DNA of 64,000 nt from the human T2T-CHM13v2.0 reference genome, Homo sapiens: assembly GCF_009914755.1 (NCBI RefSeq), contig NC_060925.1, one strand, 5' to 3'. Both the position numbers and the translations under genes were made by a program. Below the pieces are notes generated by a model. It ran no database searches, was not told where the DNA came from, and worked only from the letters and a program-made list of their open reading frames with translations. Shown piece after piece: positions 42,552 through 56,935 of the stretch (position 1 is the stretch's first letter; every line of letters begins with the position of its first letter).

Positions 42552-43924
42552 GCTGGGAGAAGGAGGACCCAGGGTGGAGGGAAAGGGCAGACCAGAGCCT
42601 CAGAGCCTGCCATCCCCACTGGCATCATTTTGCTCTCACAGGGCCCCTGCACTCTGCACAATAAAGGAGTTGTTTAACCTCCCAGCATCCTGGGGGCAGG
42701 AAATATTGGTTTCATCTATTTGTTGTTTGTTTCAGTCTTGGTGCATCTTGGAACCAAAGTTCTCACTGTATGGACACAAAACTAATTTAGGTTCTTTTAA
42801 TCCAACATAAGAAAAACTTAGTTTCCTCTAGCCACCATCAATCAACACAAAGCCAACAGGGCGGAAGGGAGGGCCCTTGCTTCCTGGCAGTCTCCCTGGA
42901 GGGGGAGGGGGCAGGAAGTGATCTAGAATCCAGTCTCAGAAGAACTGCTGACAACACCCTCACCAAAACGCATCATCATCTTGCACTCATCTCTAAGTAG
43001 TGCCTCCCACAGCCTAAGAGCAAAGGCTCATAACTTCTATCCACAGGGTTTCTGCCATTTACCATTACCTCCCTGTCCTGGCTCAGGCAAGGACCCTCAG
43101 GGCTGAGATGCATCTTCAGGTCAGCCTGCCCACATGTAAACAGATGATACATGCACACGTGCGTGCACACACACCCACCTCTGCATGCTGGAGATACACA
43201 GGACGTGGAATAAGTCCTCTCTGAGAATTTACGAAGGCACCTGGCTGCCATCAGCACAGAGTCATCCTCTGTCTGAGTTCTGAAGGTAGCAGTGTCTCTG
43301 CAGGTAGGAAGAGAGACAAATGGAGCTTCCTTCCAGCTGAAGCAAGTAGAGGCTTTGTTTTCTCTCTAGAGGGTTGTAAGAATTTATTGTTTTGGAGAAA
43401 TAACATAAAATCTAAGAGCGCTGGTTCCCAGGCTAGAAGACAGACCAGATCTATTCATTCAGCAAGCATTAAAAATTCACTGCTTAATTAATACACCAAT
43501 TGCTCCCTCCTTGCAAAGAGGAAGAACAGTTCAGCCCCATGGGCTGGCATCTTTGCCACTGAGGTCTGCACAAGATGCGGATGGTGAACACATGCTACGG
43601 CCATTTTGGATGTTTCCTTGTAGCATCAATGAGGAAAGAAAACAAAACTGTTAAAAATAAAACCTCTGCCACTATATCCTGAATTATATCAGCAAGCTCC
43701 TTTTTAACAAGATGTTATGTCCAGGAAATGTATCCATTTACTGATTGTTCCTGAAGAAATAACTTGTTCACTAGGAAATAACTTAAACCAGAAATGTGGG
43801 CTCTCATCTGATGTGGTTTATGCATCTCTAGGTGTTTTCAGTGTCTCTTGTCTATTTAATGGACTCCCAGAAGAGTAGGATGTCTACCTAAAAAGAAAAA
43901 TTAACGTTTATACTCTCCTGATGA

Positions 43925-44216
<292 letters not shown>

Positions 44217-44309
44217 TGTCACTCATCCATTATACATCATTTAATCTGCCATGAGCTTAATAAGCATTATAGAGTCTAATCACCTAATGAGCACGCTCAT
44301 GAAAGTGTC

Positions 44310-44480
44310 ACCTTCATTGAATCATTTAACTCTCCTAGTAGCTCTATGAAGTACTATTATTACCCCCCAGCTTATAAGATAGGAAACTGAGGCTCTGAGA
44401 ATAATCTGCCCAAGATCCTGTAAGTAGTAGGTCTAGAATTCAAGCCCAGCCTGATCTTTCTCCAAATCTACATTATTGTC
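44310..44480 (-). mobile_element. MIR
   Basis: GGAAACTGAGGCTCTGAGA...CTGCCCAAGATC...AATTCAAGCCCAG. Confidence 0.8.
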
Positions 44481-45299
44481 CCTGAACCAAAACATTCTCA
44501 GGCCATGATCTTCTCCCCTGTCAGCAGAATCTGGAGCATCTCAGGGTTCATGTTGAATTACAAAGCCCTGCCCTAAAGCAGATTTATTGGAAGTCCAGTG
44601 CTTGTGAGAGTTATTCTGAAGGGAAAAAAAAATAAAATACATATATATATCTCAGAAAGCCTTCTCTGCCCAGGCCAATGCAGCCAGCTCCCTGCTTAAG
44701 AATAGCTGCCCATGGGCAGGGTTTCCTGGCCAGCAATTCAAGATGTGCCTGTGCCGGCTTTACTCTTTAATCTCAGTTTCCTCACCTTTAAAGTGGGTCC
44801 CACAAGCCCTGTCCTACAGGGCTGCTATAAGGATTTAATGTGATGAGAATCCTAACATAGCTAACAAAGTGCCTGGTACTGGGTGGTCAGTAAATGACAG
44901 TTATTGCTGCTATTACTTGGTAGACTCCCAAAAGTTATTCTCACATCCAGTGGAGGGAAGAGGAGGGAGCAATCCTCCCTTGGGGGTAGAGTATTTTGCA
45001 TCAACAGGTTTTAGAATTTTTGGTGCAAGGTGAGAGTCAAAATCTAACAGACTTCGTTTATTATATTATTGCTTTTACGTTCTCTTCAGACAACGTACCC
45101 CCTTATTGCCTCTCCCTGGGCTGGGCCTCTCTATCCCTTCCCTCTCCCCACTCCCTGTGCTCCCACCTAGATCTCTTCCAAATTTCCCAGTAGAGAGGGA
45201 ATAGAGAGGCAGTGGTGGTATCTTTCACCCCACATCCCAGTGGTGATCACAGCACTTCAGGGAAAAAGAAAGCAGCCTTCACACATATGGGCCTCCCTA

Positions 45300-46260
45300 A
45301 AAAGCTTCCCAGGAAAAAGGAAATGTGTGTGGAAAGGCCATAACTGGGAATGAATCATCTGTTAGGAAGGCTGAAGGAGAGGGAGAAAGGGGAGTGGCCG
45401 GAGGTGAGGCTGGAGAAGTAGGCAGGGCCCATCGCCTGGGGTGGTGCATACCTTGGGAAGAATTTTCAATTATCTTTAGTTCAGCAAGAAATTACAGACA
45501 TGATTAGGGCCCATGCAAACATTCTGGAAGGGTCAAGGCAGGATGTGGGGGACCGGTGAGGAATCTCCTGCAGCAGTCAAGCAATGGTGGCCTGGAGAGG
45601 GAGTGGACGTCAGGATGGATAAGTGGATGGATTCATGCACTCGTCCTTAGGAGGAGGAATGCACAGGACTTGGTGACAGCTTAAGTGTAACAGGTGGTGG
45701 AGAGGAGAGGGTGAAGTCCGGCTTCTGGCCCAAGCAGCTTGGGGGACAGTGGTGCCCCTTCCTAAGACAGGGTGCATCTGAAGAGGAGAGACTCACAGGC
45801 TGAGGAAGGGGCTGGGGTGTGGGTTGGTCATGCATGTGGGAAGGTGCTGAGCCGAGTTATGCGTGTGTTGAGTCATCTAAGTGGAGATGCTAAGAAGGGG
45901 GCTGCATTTACAATCAGTTCTTCCAAAGAGGGGTCCAGATGAGATGCATGGAAACTAACACCAGGGGACGTGACACCTTCACCTAGGGGAAGACTACATT
46001 GTAAGAAGAGAAATCCTCAGACAGAGTCTAGGGAGCTGCGATCCTCAATAGCCAAGCAGAGGGGTGGTGGAGGCAGCAGAGAAGGCTATGCAGGAGAAGC
46101 CTGAAAAGCAGAGAGAAAACCAGGAGAGGCTGGTGCCTCAGAAGCCCAGGGAAGAAAACAAGATGCAGAGTTTTAAACTTCACAAAATGCCACTCAGAGG
46201 GCAAGAAAGACAAAGTTAGGACAATGTCACTGGCATTTATTAAGACGCAGGTCAGAGGTG
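45300..46260 (-). mobile_element. L2 remnant
   Basis: ACAGGACTTGGTGACAG...GGCTTCTGGCCCAAGCAGCTTGGGGGACAGTGGTGCC, antisense L2 blocks. Confidence 0.7.
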
Positions 46261-46349
46261 CTCTTTTCAGGAGCAGGTGTGGCTGGGCATGCAAGGGCTG
46301 AAGCGGAGGAGGGAGGTGACACCATGCACACAGCCCAGGAGGCTGCCTC

Positions 46350-46580
46350 ACTCACACCCCACTTGCTTAGCCCCACTCACTTAGCCTATTTCCTTCACAG
46401 CCATTATCTTAATGTGTGCTGTCTTGCTTCTTTGTTTACTTGTGAATTGCCTTCTTCCCTTAAGGTCTGTTAGGGCGAGCTCCTTGTCTGCTCTATTCAC
46501 AGCTGTACCCCAGCACCTAGGAGGATGCTTGACACAGAACAGGGATTCAATACCTGTTGGGTATTGAATGAATGAAACAG
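46350..46580 (+). mobile_element. L2 3' end
   Basis: TTCACAGCTGTACCCCAGCACCTAGGAGGATGCTTGACACAG...TGAATGAATGAA. Confidence 0.85.
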
Positions 46581-46804
46581 AAGCAGAGTAAAGTCTGGCT
46601 AAGAAGTGAGGAGGGGGAGAGCTGCAAAGCCCAGAAACTACCCACAAGAATGAGCCAGTGGTGAGGAGGAGGGGTGGGTTACTGTCCCTGGGAAGTGGGA
46701 CCCCCAGTTTAAGTGGAGGCTTAGGGCAGAATCCTGGACACTAAAAGGAATGCTTAAAAGGGAATTTGAGGCATTTTCTGGTCTGAAAGACATCCGGCCC
46801 ACAT

Positions 46805-47283
46805 TGCTTTCACTTAGGTCATGTTCCCCCAAAGGAAATCCTGAGATAAGGATTCCTAGATGAGTGATTCATTGAAGAAATGTCCCCAGAGTGGTCGGTA
46901 GGAGAGTGGAGAAGCAGGACAGAAAGGGGAGAGGCCAAGCCAAGCATGACCTCAGGCCACATCCCAGCCTCAGCCTGACCCCAGGGAGGGTCCTGGAATG
47001 TAAACCGAACCTCCTGCAAGTTTGTACACCCCCACCCCCCACTGCCAGGGCAAGGTGGCTGACCTTTCATATTCCCACCCTAATTAATATTGGCTACAGA
47101 CTGTCATGGCCAGGACAGAAACTCCCAGCCACTCCAACTCTCTTGGCAAGAGGGTAATCCTTTGAAGAAGGCGATGGGGCAAAGCTTTAGAAACAGAGGC
47201 TACAGAAGCTGCAGGATGGGCACACAGAAGTGGCCGAAGTGATCCAACGCCATCTGAGCAGAGCGCCGGCAATGTCTGCTACT
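46805..47283 (-). mobile_element. LTR16-like solo LTR (ERVL)
   Basis: TTCCCCCAAAGGAAATCCTGAGATAAGGATTC...GGCAATGTCTGCTAC resembles antisense LTR16. Confidence 0.7.
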
Positions 47284-47834
47284 AAATTGGGATAGAGTTT
47301 TTTATGGATTACCCTGGAAGAGCACACCAAACAAACCACTTCATTCTGAGGGCCTGGACGGTGCAGGGATAGCTACCATTTAGAATCGTTTCAGTTTCTA
47401 TTCCGGTAAAGAATCCTTCAAAGAAAGACATCGAGGCTCTTACAGTGCAGAGAGGTGCTCTTCTTGGACAACTATAGGGTGTGAACGTAGCACAGCTACT
47501 AAAAGTGAATGTGACACAACAATTAAGAGAGTATGGTGAGTATTTAGAAATACTTAGAAGTCAAAGCATAAAAAACTGGATAACTTGGGTTACATTCCTG
47601 AGACATGTTTATTATTATCACAGTACTGTGATATTGTAGAATCTGGAGAAATAAAATCAATTGAAATAAAATAAAATACATCTACCAACTACCATTTACT
47701 GAACACCTGCTATGGATCCAACTCTGTGCTAGAAATGAAGCAGCATCTCCCTTGCTCAAAGCTGATTTTCAGGCTGGGAACTAGATGGGGCTCCTGAAGC
47801 AATTCAAGAACAAGGCAAAAACAGATCTATGGAG

Positions 47835-48060
47835 GTCACATAGGATGATGATTAAGAGTTGAGCCAGGCTCAGCAACTGCCTAGGATCACTCCCATTTCT
47901 GCTGCCAGACTCTCTGTGCCTCAGTTTCCCCATCTGAAAAATTGAGATACTAAGAGTCTTTACTTCACAAGATTCCTGTGAAGGTAACAGGAGGTGATGT
48001 GTGCAAGGTCCTTAGTATGGTGCTGATGAATGCAGTGAGCACTGAGGCCTTGTTATTCTG
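47835..48060 (+). mobile_element. MIR
   Basis: CTCTCTGTGCCTCAGTTTCCCCATCTGAAAAATTG. Confidence 0.8.
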
Positions 48061-48461
48061 CAATTATTACTGGAGGTGAGGCTAGAAAAGACCACACTTG
48101 CCCGACTTGTCCTACCTTTCTCTCCTCAGGAGGGACCAAGACATTTATGCCTGGTTATGAGGTGACATTAGAAAAGAAATCAAAAAGCATCTGTCCTTGT
48201 TTCTTGAAGCCAGATGCAACCAAGCTAAGCCTGAACCAAGAGTTGATGGGCAGCTGGGTGGTGTGCTCCTCTGTTGAGCTGGCCAGGAGCTAAGGCTGAT
48301 GGCTTTCTGTCCAGGGAGCCGTTTAGACTCAGAGTACACACATGCTTGCCTCTTAAAAGAGTATTGGGTCAGCAAGGATGCACTGGGAAAGCCATCAGCA
48401 TCTTTGCATCCCTACTGACCATTTCCTGCCCAGCACACTGGAGCCAGTGCTGACCATTTTC

Positions 48462-48764
48462 CTTTTTTTTTCTTTTTTTTTTTTTTTGAGACAGTCTCTT
48501 TCTGTCACCCAGGCTAGAGTGCAGTGATACAATCTTGGCTCACTGCAGCCACCTCCTGGGTTCAAGTGACTCTCATGCCTCAGCCTCCTGAGTAGCTGGG
48601 ATTACAGGCATGTGCCACCATGCCCAGCTAATTTTTACATTTTTAGTAGAGATGGGGTATTGCTACGTTGCCCAGGCTAATCTCGAACTCATGGCCTCAA
48701 GTGATCTGCCTACCTCGGCCTCCCAAAGTCTTGGGATTACAGGCCTGAGCCACCGTGCCTGGTC
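48462..48764 (-). mobile_element. AluS (Sz/Sx-like)
   Basis: Full dimer; TSD CTGACCATTTTC at 48450-48461 and 48765-48776. Confidence 0.95.
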
Positions 48765-48849
48765 CTGACCATTTTCTGATTGGCAGCAGCAGGAGGGCCC
48801 CAGGGTCAAACAATGCAGTCACACAGGCCTGTGCTTTAACTGTGCCTCC

Positions 48850-49120
48850 CCACACAGCTTGGTGACCCCGGGCCAGTGACTTTGACCTCTGAAGCCTCAA
48901 TTCCCTTGACTGTAAAAGAGGTCCTGACCTTGGCTGCACATTAAAATCACTGGGGGAGTGTTTAAAAGTCCAAATACCCAGGGCTTGCCCAGACCAACAA
49001 AATCAGAACCCCCTGATGAGACCTACTGCTGTAAGGTAAAATGGTCATCTTCTACTCCCAGAAGTGGAATTAAGGGAGACTATCCATGGAAGGTGCTTAC
49101 CGCCATGCTTTACACAGAGT
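48850..49120. mobile_element. MIR interrupted by a MER5-like fragment (about 48920-49010)
   Basis: TGACCTCTGAAGCCTCAATTCC...CTGTAAAA, then CCTTGGCTGCACATTAAAATCAC...AAATCAGAAC. Confidence 0.65.
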
Positions 49121-50109
49121 GCGCCGTAAAAGGAGGCCGTGATATGGTACCATTTGGAGTTCCCAGACTCTAGAAACACCTCCCACAGGCCCACAGAGGA
49201 TTGTACTTGAAACTTCATTCATTGTACTTTATGCCCCACTTTGGTGAGTATCAAAGATCAATTGTGCATTTTGATTTCTCTAGTTCTTTTGATCACCCTG
49301 GTCCACAATCATGTTATTCTTCAAGAGAGAAAATGGCCAGACCCAGGAAGTGCTTCTCTGGATTAAGGGCTGTGAGGTTAAATCTTTGTTTCCATCTCTG
49401 CCCTCAAGGACCTCCAATCCCCCATCCTAATAAGAGAGCTGCCATCCACAAGGGTCCTTGGCCCTTGGCTTGCAGAAGCGGGATGAGCATCTACAACCCT
49501 GGCTGTGATGAAGGCTGCCCTGACAGTTACATTCTTGATAGAGTTGCAGGACAAATATTTCTGAACCTGTGGTTCCTTTGCCGTGTCTCTAGTCAACATA
49601 GGGCTTTTAGCCCTGTGGAACATGAAGATTTTTGTGAACTAGGGTATAAGGATTTAAGAGTGTAGGTGGGGCCTCTCTAGGCCCTGCTTCCTACATAGTT
49701 GATGTGTCTGGACCCACAACTGAGAGAAGGAACAAAGCAAACAGGTGGGATCCCTTATAGTTTATAGTTATGTTTTTCAGAGTAACAGACATTCAGGGAA
49801 ACAGAAACAGAACTTTAGCTCAAGCAGCAGGAGGGGGCAGCCAGCATCTGAGCTGGAAGAAGAGCTAGCAGGTGACAAAGGAAACAAGCACTCTCCATGC
49901 AGTGTTAAGGCAGTGCTTATCATCCAGTGGGAACTGGGGTGCCAGGGTGCCAGGCAACAGAGCAGTTGATGGAGACAGTTCCAGTGCCATTATGAGCTGT
50001 TAAAAGGGGATCTGACGTGTGCATTCCAGACCCTGATACTACTTCTTGTCCAGTCATTCAACAACATAGTATTCCCTATAGGCCCAGCATGTCTGTCTAT
50101 GTATCTGAT

Positions 50110-50260
50110 TTCACAATCCCATGACATAGGTACTGTTATCCTCACTTTGCAGCTGAGGAGACTGAGGCACATAGAGGTTAAGTAACTTGTCCAAGATCAC
50201 ACAGTTAGTATATGACAGAGTTGGGATTTGAACCCTGTGCTCTTAATTTCTATGCCAAAT
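50110..50260 (-). mobile_element. MIR
   Basis: ACTGAGGCACATAGAGGTTAAGTAACTTGTCCAAGATCACACAG...GGATTTGAACCC. Confidence 0.92.
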
Positions 50261-50489
50261 TGTCTCTAGCTTAGTGAGGGTGTCAAACAGGTCAACAGAC
50301 AATTAGAATATAGTACAGTCTAAGTGACTGCTAGGGACTAGCACAGGTGGTGGCATCCAAAATCCCATTCTTATCTGATGCTCACTCATAGGAAGAAAAA
50401 CAGAAGTACCCACCTGGTGACAGGCTAGCAGGCACAAGGATAGACAGAATGTGCACCTGAAGGAGTTCACCTAGGAGAGCTGAGGAGGC

Positions 50490-51270
<781 letters not shown>

Positions 51271-53174
51271 AAATATTTTAACAAGAGACTTGATGTCATG
51301 CAGTCAAAAGTGAACTGTGCTATGCTCTGAAGCTAACGGTGAGAGTTACATACGTTCTGCTTCCTTTGTTTTTTGTTCCTTGTTCTTTCTTTCCCCCTTT
51401 CCTTTTTTTTTTTTTTCTCTCTCTCTCTCTCCCTCCTTTCTGTCTCTCCTCAAAGTCTACCACCTCCTTTTCCAAGCCAAGCCTAGGTGACAGGCCCCTG
51501 AGCTGCAAGTGTTTCCAGCACTGCCATTACAAATTAGTGGAAATGATCAGACCCCCAGGCAGACTGGTTCTCAGCCTGCTTCAGAGGGGCAGATGTTCTG
51601 CAAAACCAGCCAGTGACCCACAGAGAAGACTGGCAAGCCCGCAAGGCTCTCATTGGACCCCTCTGTGGCTTCTGCCTCCCAGGTAGAAAGCATGCATATA
51701 TTAGATTTAAAAAGAGGAAGTGCCTTTCCAAAAACTACTCGGCTTTGGGAGGGATAGAGGTCATTTGTCTTTGTCCAAGAAAAACATGTTCCTTCCTTGT
51801 AATCCTTGATAACCCCTGAATTGTTTTCTCCAAGATAGTTAGGGACAGGGGTAGGGGAGAGGGGCTACAGTAAAAGAGAAAAGGAGGTAGAGAGGACAGA
51901 GGAAGCCAATGCCCTACTACTCTGCGGTAGCAGCAAGGTGAGCTCTTACCACCTTGAACTCTGGGAAAGATGGTAAAAGAGGGAACCCTTCACCAACCAG
52001 TGCCCACATGACTACCTAAGACAGCACCCATATGAGGTGCAACCATATGAAGGTTCACTTCTCGCTGGATGAGAAGTGAACAGAGAGGTTAACAGGGCAA
52101 AGAAGCAGCAGTAATGGGAAAAGAACGTGAGACTGGCACGGTTCCCTCCCCTGGGCCTGCGGGAGGCCCATGGCAGCCAGAATGTCCATCTGCTGTGCCC
52201 CACCACTAGTAGGCTCACAGGAAGGGAAGAGAACAATGACAACCCAACTGTCCCTTGCGCAGAAGTTACACCAAGAAGTGAGCAGCAGGACCCGCTGGCC
52301 TGGCAGTAAACCACATCAGAGTTATCAGTCGGAAACCTCTTGGACAAAGAGAGTTTATAAAGTCCCTTGGCCAAGAGGCATGGAAGTTGAGTTCAGCCAA
52401 GCGCAACTCAGACACATGGGCAATGGAAGGGGAGCTGGGGATGCCAGCTGCCATCCAAGTCCTGTTTGTTGGAAATTGAGAGAGATAGTATTGGAGAACT
52501 AGATGCTTTCACTTTATTTCTCCAAAAGAGAGCTGGTCTCCAGGTGGTGAAGCCTATAATTCTATAAAAACTGGAGATTGGAGAGATAGGAGGGTACAAC
52601 TCTGGCCCAAGACAGAAATAAGCAAAAACAAAACAAAACAAAACAAAAAAATAGGCATCCATAAGAGAAAAAAGTGAGTGGTTCTGGGCATCTAGTAAGT
52701 GGAAGAGGAAAGAGACCATCTCTAATCCTAACTCACTCTGTTCCAGGTTTGGAATAAAAGCTGTATCGGGAGAAATAACCTGTTAAAGTAGAATTGTCAA
52801 TGTGTAGAACTGAAAATCGGCCAAAAATCCATCAGCTTTCTCAATTTACTAAGAAAGAATAATTAACTCCCTAGTACCTGATATACTTTTGCATTTAAAG
52901 GCTAAACTACCTATATCTACTCAATATCATTCACTTCTAGTAAGACTCTTATTGGCAGGTTTAAAGCACCCCTACCCAACCCACTAGCACCAACTTGTCT
53001 TTTATCTTAGCCTGGAAAGAACATGTATGGGTTACATTACTAAGAACATAGTATCATTGAATGAATCATTAAATAGACCAGTCACTGTAATAAATACATG
53101 TGGATATATACATTCTGTTAATAGACTTGGCATAGTCTTTCATGGTTTCAAGTGTTAAGGTTTATTGTGGTATT

Positions 53175-56100
53175 AAAGAAAACCTTATAGACTTTCATTT
53201 TCTGAACGATAGTGGATTCAATATATAGCCAACTCTACTGAAAACACTAAGCAAACTGGATACTATAGAAAAACTCTTTTGAAATGACTGATGAGCTGGC
53301 AAGTTAGTAAGACGTATTCAGTGAGCAAAAACTAAGCAAAATCTGAAGCCTAGTATAAGAGCCAATCCCTGAAGCTAGCTTGAAGACAATAGCCAACAAA
53401 GTGACCTTCACTTTTATCTTTTGTGGCCTCACGGGAAGAGGAGACAGGATAAGAATTTCCCATAACATAAAGGATACTATCACATGGATCCAGGAACTCC
53501 AATGAATACCAAGTATGAGAAATAAAAATAAATATATACCTAGATACGCTTTGTGAAACTATAGAACACCAAACAATTTAAAGGAACCAGAAGGAAAACA
53601 CAGATTATTCTCAAAGGAGACACTCTTGTCTGTAGACAAGACAGTAGATTTTAGAGGCAACAATGGAAACAGAGGACAGTTGAATAATATCTTCATTGTG
53701 TTGGAGAGAAAATAACTGGCAACCTAGAATTCTACCCTAATTCTACCCAGTAAAAACCTCTCTCAAAAACAAGGGGAAAAATAGTGTATTTGCAAGCAAA
53801 CAAAATCAAGAAGTTGTCACCAACAGACCCTCAATAAAGAAAATTCTAAAAGCTGTACTTCAGGCTCTATTGGAAAATACCAAAATGAAGTTGGTAGACC
53901 TACATTAATATTAATCAGAATAGACTTAAAGACTAAAAGAATTACTAAGGAAACAAGTTTTGCTTAATTATAAAAGATTCAATTCACCAGAAAGATAAAA
54001 CAATTCAAACCTATAGGTACCTAATAACAAAGGCTCAAAATATATAAAACACAAACTGACAGACCATAAGAAGAAACAGAAAAATCTACGATCATAGTGG
54101 GAGATTATAATACTTCTCTCAGTAACTGATTGAACAAGCATACAAACATCAGTAATGATATAAAAGACTTGGACAACACAGTGAAGAAGCTTGATCTGAT
54201 AGAGTTACATAGAACACTGCATCTAACAATGGTAGGATCCACAGAACATTATGAAAAGTGACCACATACCAAGCCTTACAGTAAGCTTCAATAAATTTAA
54301 AAGGCTGGGTAGCACTCAAACAATATTTGACAACCATGAGGCAATTAAGTTAGAAATTAGTAACAAAAAGATAATAAGAAAAATAAACAAACATTCAGAG
54401 GATTAAAAAGAAACACAGCTTTAAGTCATAAGTCAAAGAATAAATCATAGTGAAAATTATAAAGTACTCAGAACCAAATTATATACAAATATTACATATC
54501 AAAATTTATGAAGTTAGAGTAAATATTGTATAGCTTACAATGCTCATAATGGGGAAAAAAGCCTGAAAATTAAAAAGCCAAACACTTACCTTAAAAAGCT
54601 AAGAAAGAAAAATAGCTCAAATGTAAATAAGTTAGATGGAAGAAAATAATAAAAATTAGTATAGACATTCATAAACTAGAAAACAAAAGATGGAGAGGAT
54701 CACAAAGTCAAGGATTAGAGATAGTCTCTAATAACATTGAGAAAATTCTTAAAAGACCATTTAACAAAATTATAGAAGGTATTACAAATGAAAAGTGGAC
54801 ATAACCACAGATCCCACAGAACATTAAAAAATAACAGCATCTTATAAGTAGCTTCAAGGTAAAAATTTTGAAAACTCAGATAATATGGATAAATTTCTAG
54901 AAAAATCTAATTTACCAATATTGATTTAAGAAAAAAATTAAAACCTGAATACCCATGATCTATTGAAGAAATTGAATCAGAGGTTAAAAATCTTCAGGAA
55001 AGAAAGAACTCCAGCCTCACAGAATCTTTTTTTGAGAACAGATAAAGAGGAAATATTCTATAACTTACTTTACAAATTCAGCAAAACCATGATACAAAAC
55101 CCTGCCAAGGATAAGATAAGAAGTGCAAATTACAGTACAACACACTCATGAAGATAGATATAAAACTTCTAAATTTTATTAGCAAAAAAACCTAGCAATG
55201 TATAAGAAATGAACCCATTACAACCAAGTCAGGTTTATTCTAGGAAAGCAAGGTTAAGTTAACATTGGAAAATTAGTTTACCAGATATTAACAAATTAAA
55301 GAAAAAAATTATATAAATCTCAATAAATGCAGAGGAAGTATTTAATAAACATCCATGTATATAATTTGAAAGAAAAAAAGCTCTTTGCAAACTACAGAAC
55401 AGGAGTAGTTCCTTATCCTAATAAGGAATATCAAATCCATAAAAACTCTCATTCTCAAGGGAAAACGTTGAACATGAAAGGCAAAGCTTAAACGTTTAGA
55501 AGACCATACAAGAACTGTCCTTAAGGATGTCCTTTAAAAGACACAAAATGTTCAATGATAAAGGAAAGATTGATAAATTTTATTACATTGAAATTAAGAA
55601 TTTCTGCCACTGTAAAGATACTAAAAAAGATGGTGAGAAAAAATAACACAAATAAGGAGAAGGTATTTTGGCAACACAGAGAAATAGTCTCCTGCATATA
55701 TAAAGAACTCCTACAAATAAATAAGAGAGATGTAAACTACCCAATTTTCAAATAAATGGGCAAAAGGCTTAAAGAGGTACTTCACAAAAAAAGAAAATCC
55801 AAAAGGTCAACAGCGTATGAAAAGATACTGACCCTCTTTAGTAATCAAATGTATATAAATTGAAAGCAGATTAGATACTGTTACACATCCACAAGATGGG
55901 CAAAAGTTTTTGACAATATCCTACAAAATATAAAGTTTTTGCAAGATTAGAGAGCAGTAGGAGAAATTGCAGCTGGATATAGAAATTGGTTAAACACATT
56001 GGAAATTAATTTTTGATTAAAGTGAAACTCATATGACACCATAGAATTCTGAACTATCCTAGCAGCACTGAAAATGCCCATAGTCTGTGGCCAGTAATTT

Positions 56101-56935
56101 TATTACTATGTGTATTCCCTAAGTAAACTTACACACATACTTAGCAGGGAACTTGAAAAAAAATGTTTACAGCAGCACTATTTATAATAGCAAAATACTG
56201 GAAATAAGCTAAGTGTTCATTAATAATAGAATAGACATATAAACTGCCATATATTCATTCAATGGAATATTATGGTTCAGCAAAATGAAAAAATTTCAGC
56301 TACACCCAACAATGTGAATGAATCCAGGACGAAACATTTAACAACCAGTTGGTACAGAGTCCAATCAAATGAAGTCCCAGCCCTAGTGCCAGAGCTGGTA
56401 CCCAAGACCCCCTGCCATGCCAGGTGTAATCCCTTTAGAAAGGAGTGGACTTGGAGAAGTACCATAGGAGCACCTGGGAAAGACCCAGGTAAGCAGCAAT
56501 TTACCAACTGATATGGAAATATTCCCATTGTTTGTCAACCAGTGAGCCTTACTGGTGTGGTGTGCATGGACTAAACGTGAGCATTAAGAACAAAAGAATA
56601 AAACAGTGTGATTCCATTTATATGAAGTTCACAAACACGCATAACTAGACAATATATTGTTTAGGGATACAAATGCAAGAGGATAAGACAATAAAGAAAA
56701 GCATAGGGGAATAAAAGGTACAGAAATGTCCAGAAGATGGTAATCCCTGAGAAGAGAAGGAATGGGATAGGGTGGAGGGAGGTACACAGGGGATGTCAAA
56801 GGTTCAAGTAACATTCTTTTTCTCAAATTGACTGGTGAGTACATAAGTGTTAGTCATAATGTTATTCTTTAGACCTTTCTACACAGTTTGTAAGCATTCG
56901 TTTGCATCTAGGGGCTATTTCATTAAAGTTATTTC
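53175..56935 (+). mobile_element. Ancient L1M (L1ME/MD-like) with decayed 5', ORF1, ORF2 and 3' segments
   Basis: A-rich strand bias; ORF1-like AACCTAGAATTCTACCC; endonuclease-like ATCATAGTGGGAGATTATAATACTTCTCTCAGTAACTGA; RT-like CTCAATAAATGCAGA; AAATGGGCAAAAGG; L1ME-type 3' end. No intact ORF. Confidence 0.85.

Noticed and set aside
53175-56935. Possible functional reverse transcriptase or endonuclease gene
   Set aside because: Ancient L1 with frameshifts, stops and deletions; only short chance ORFs remain.
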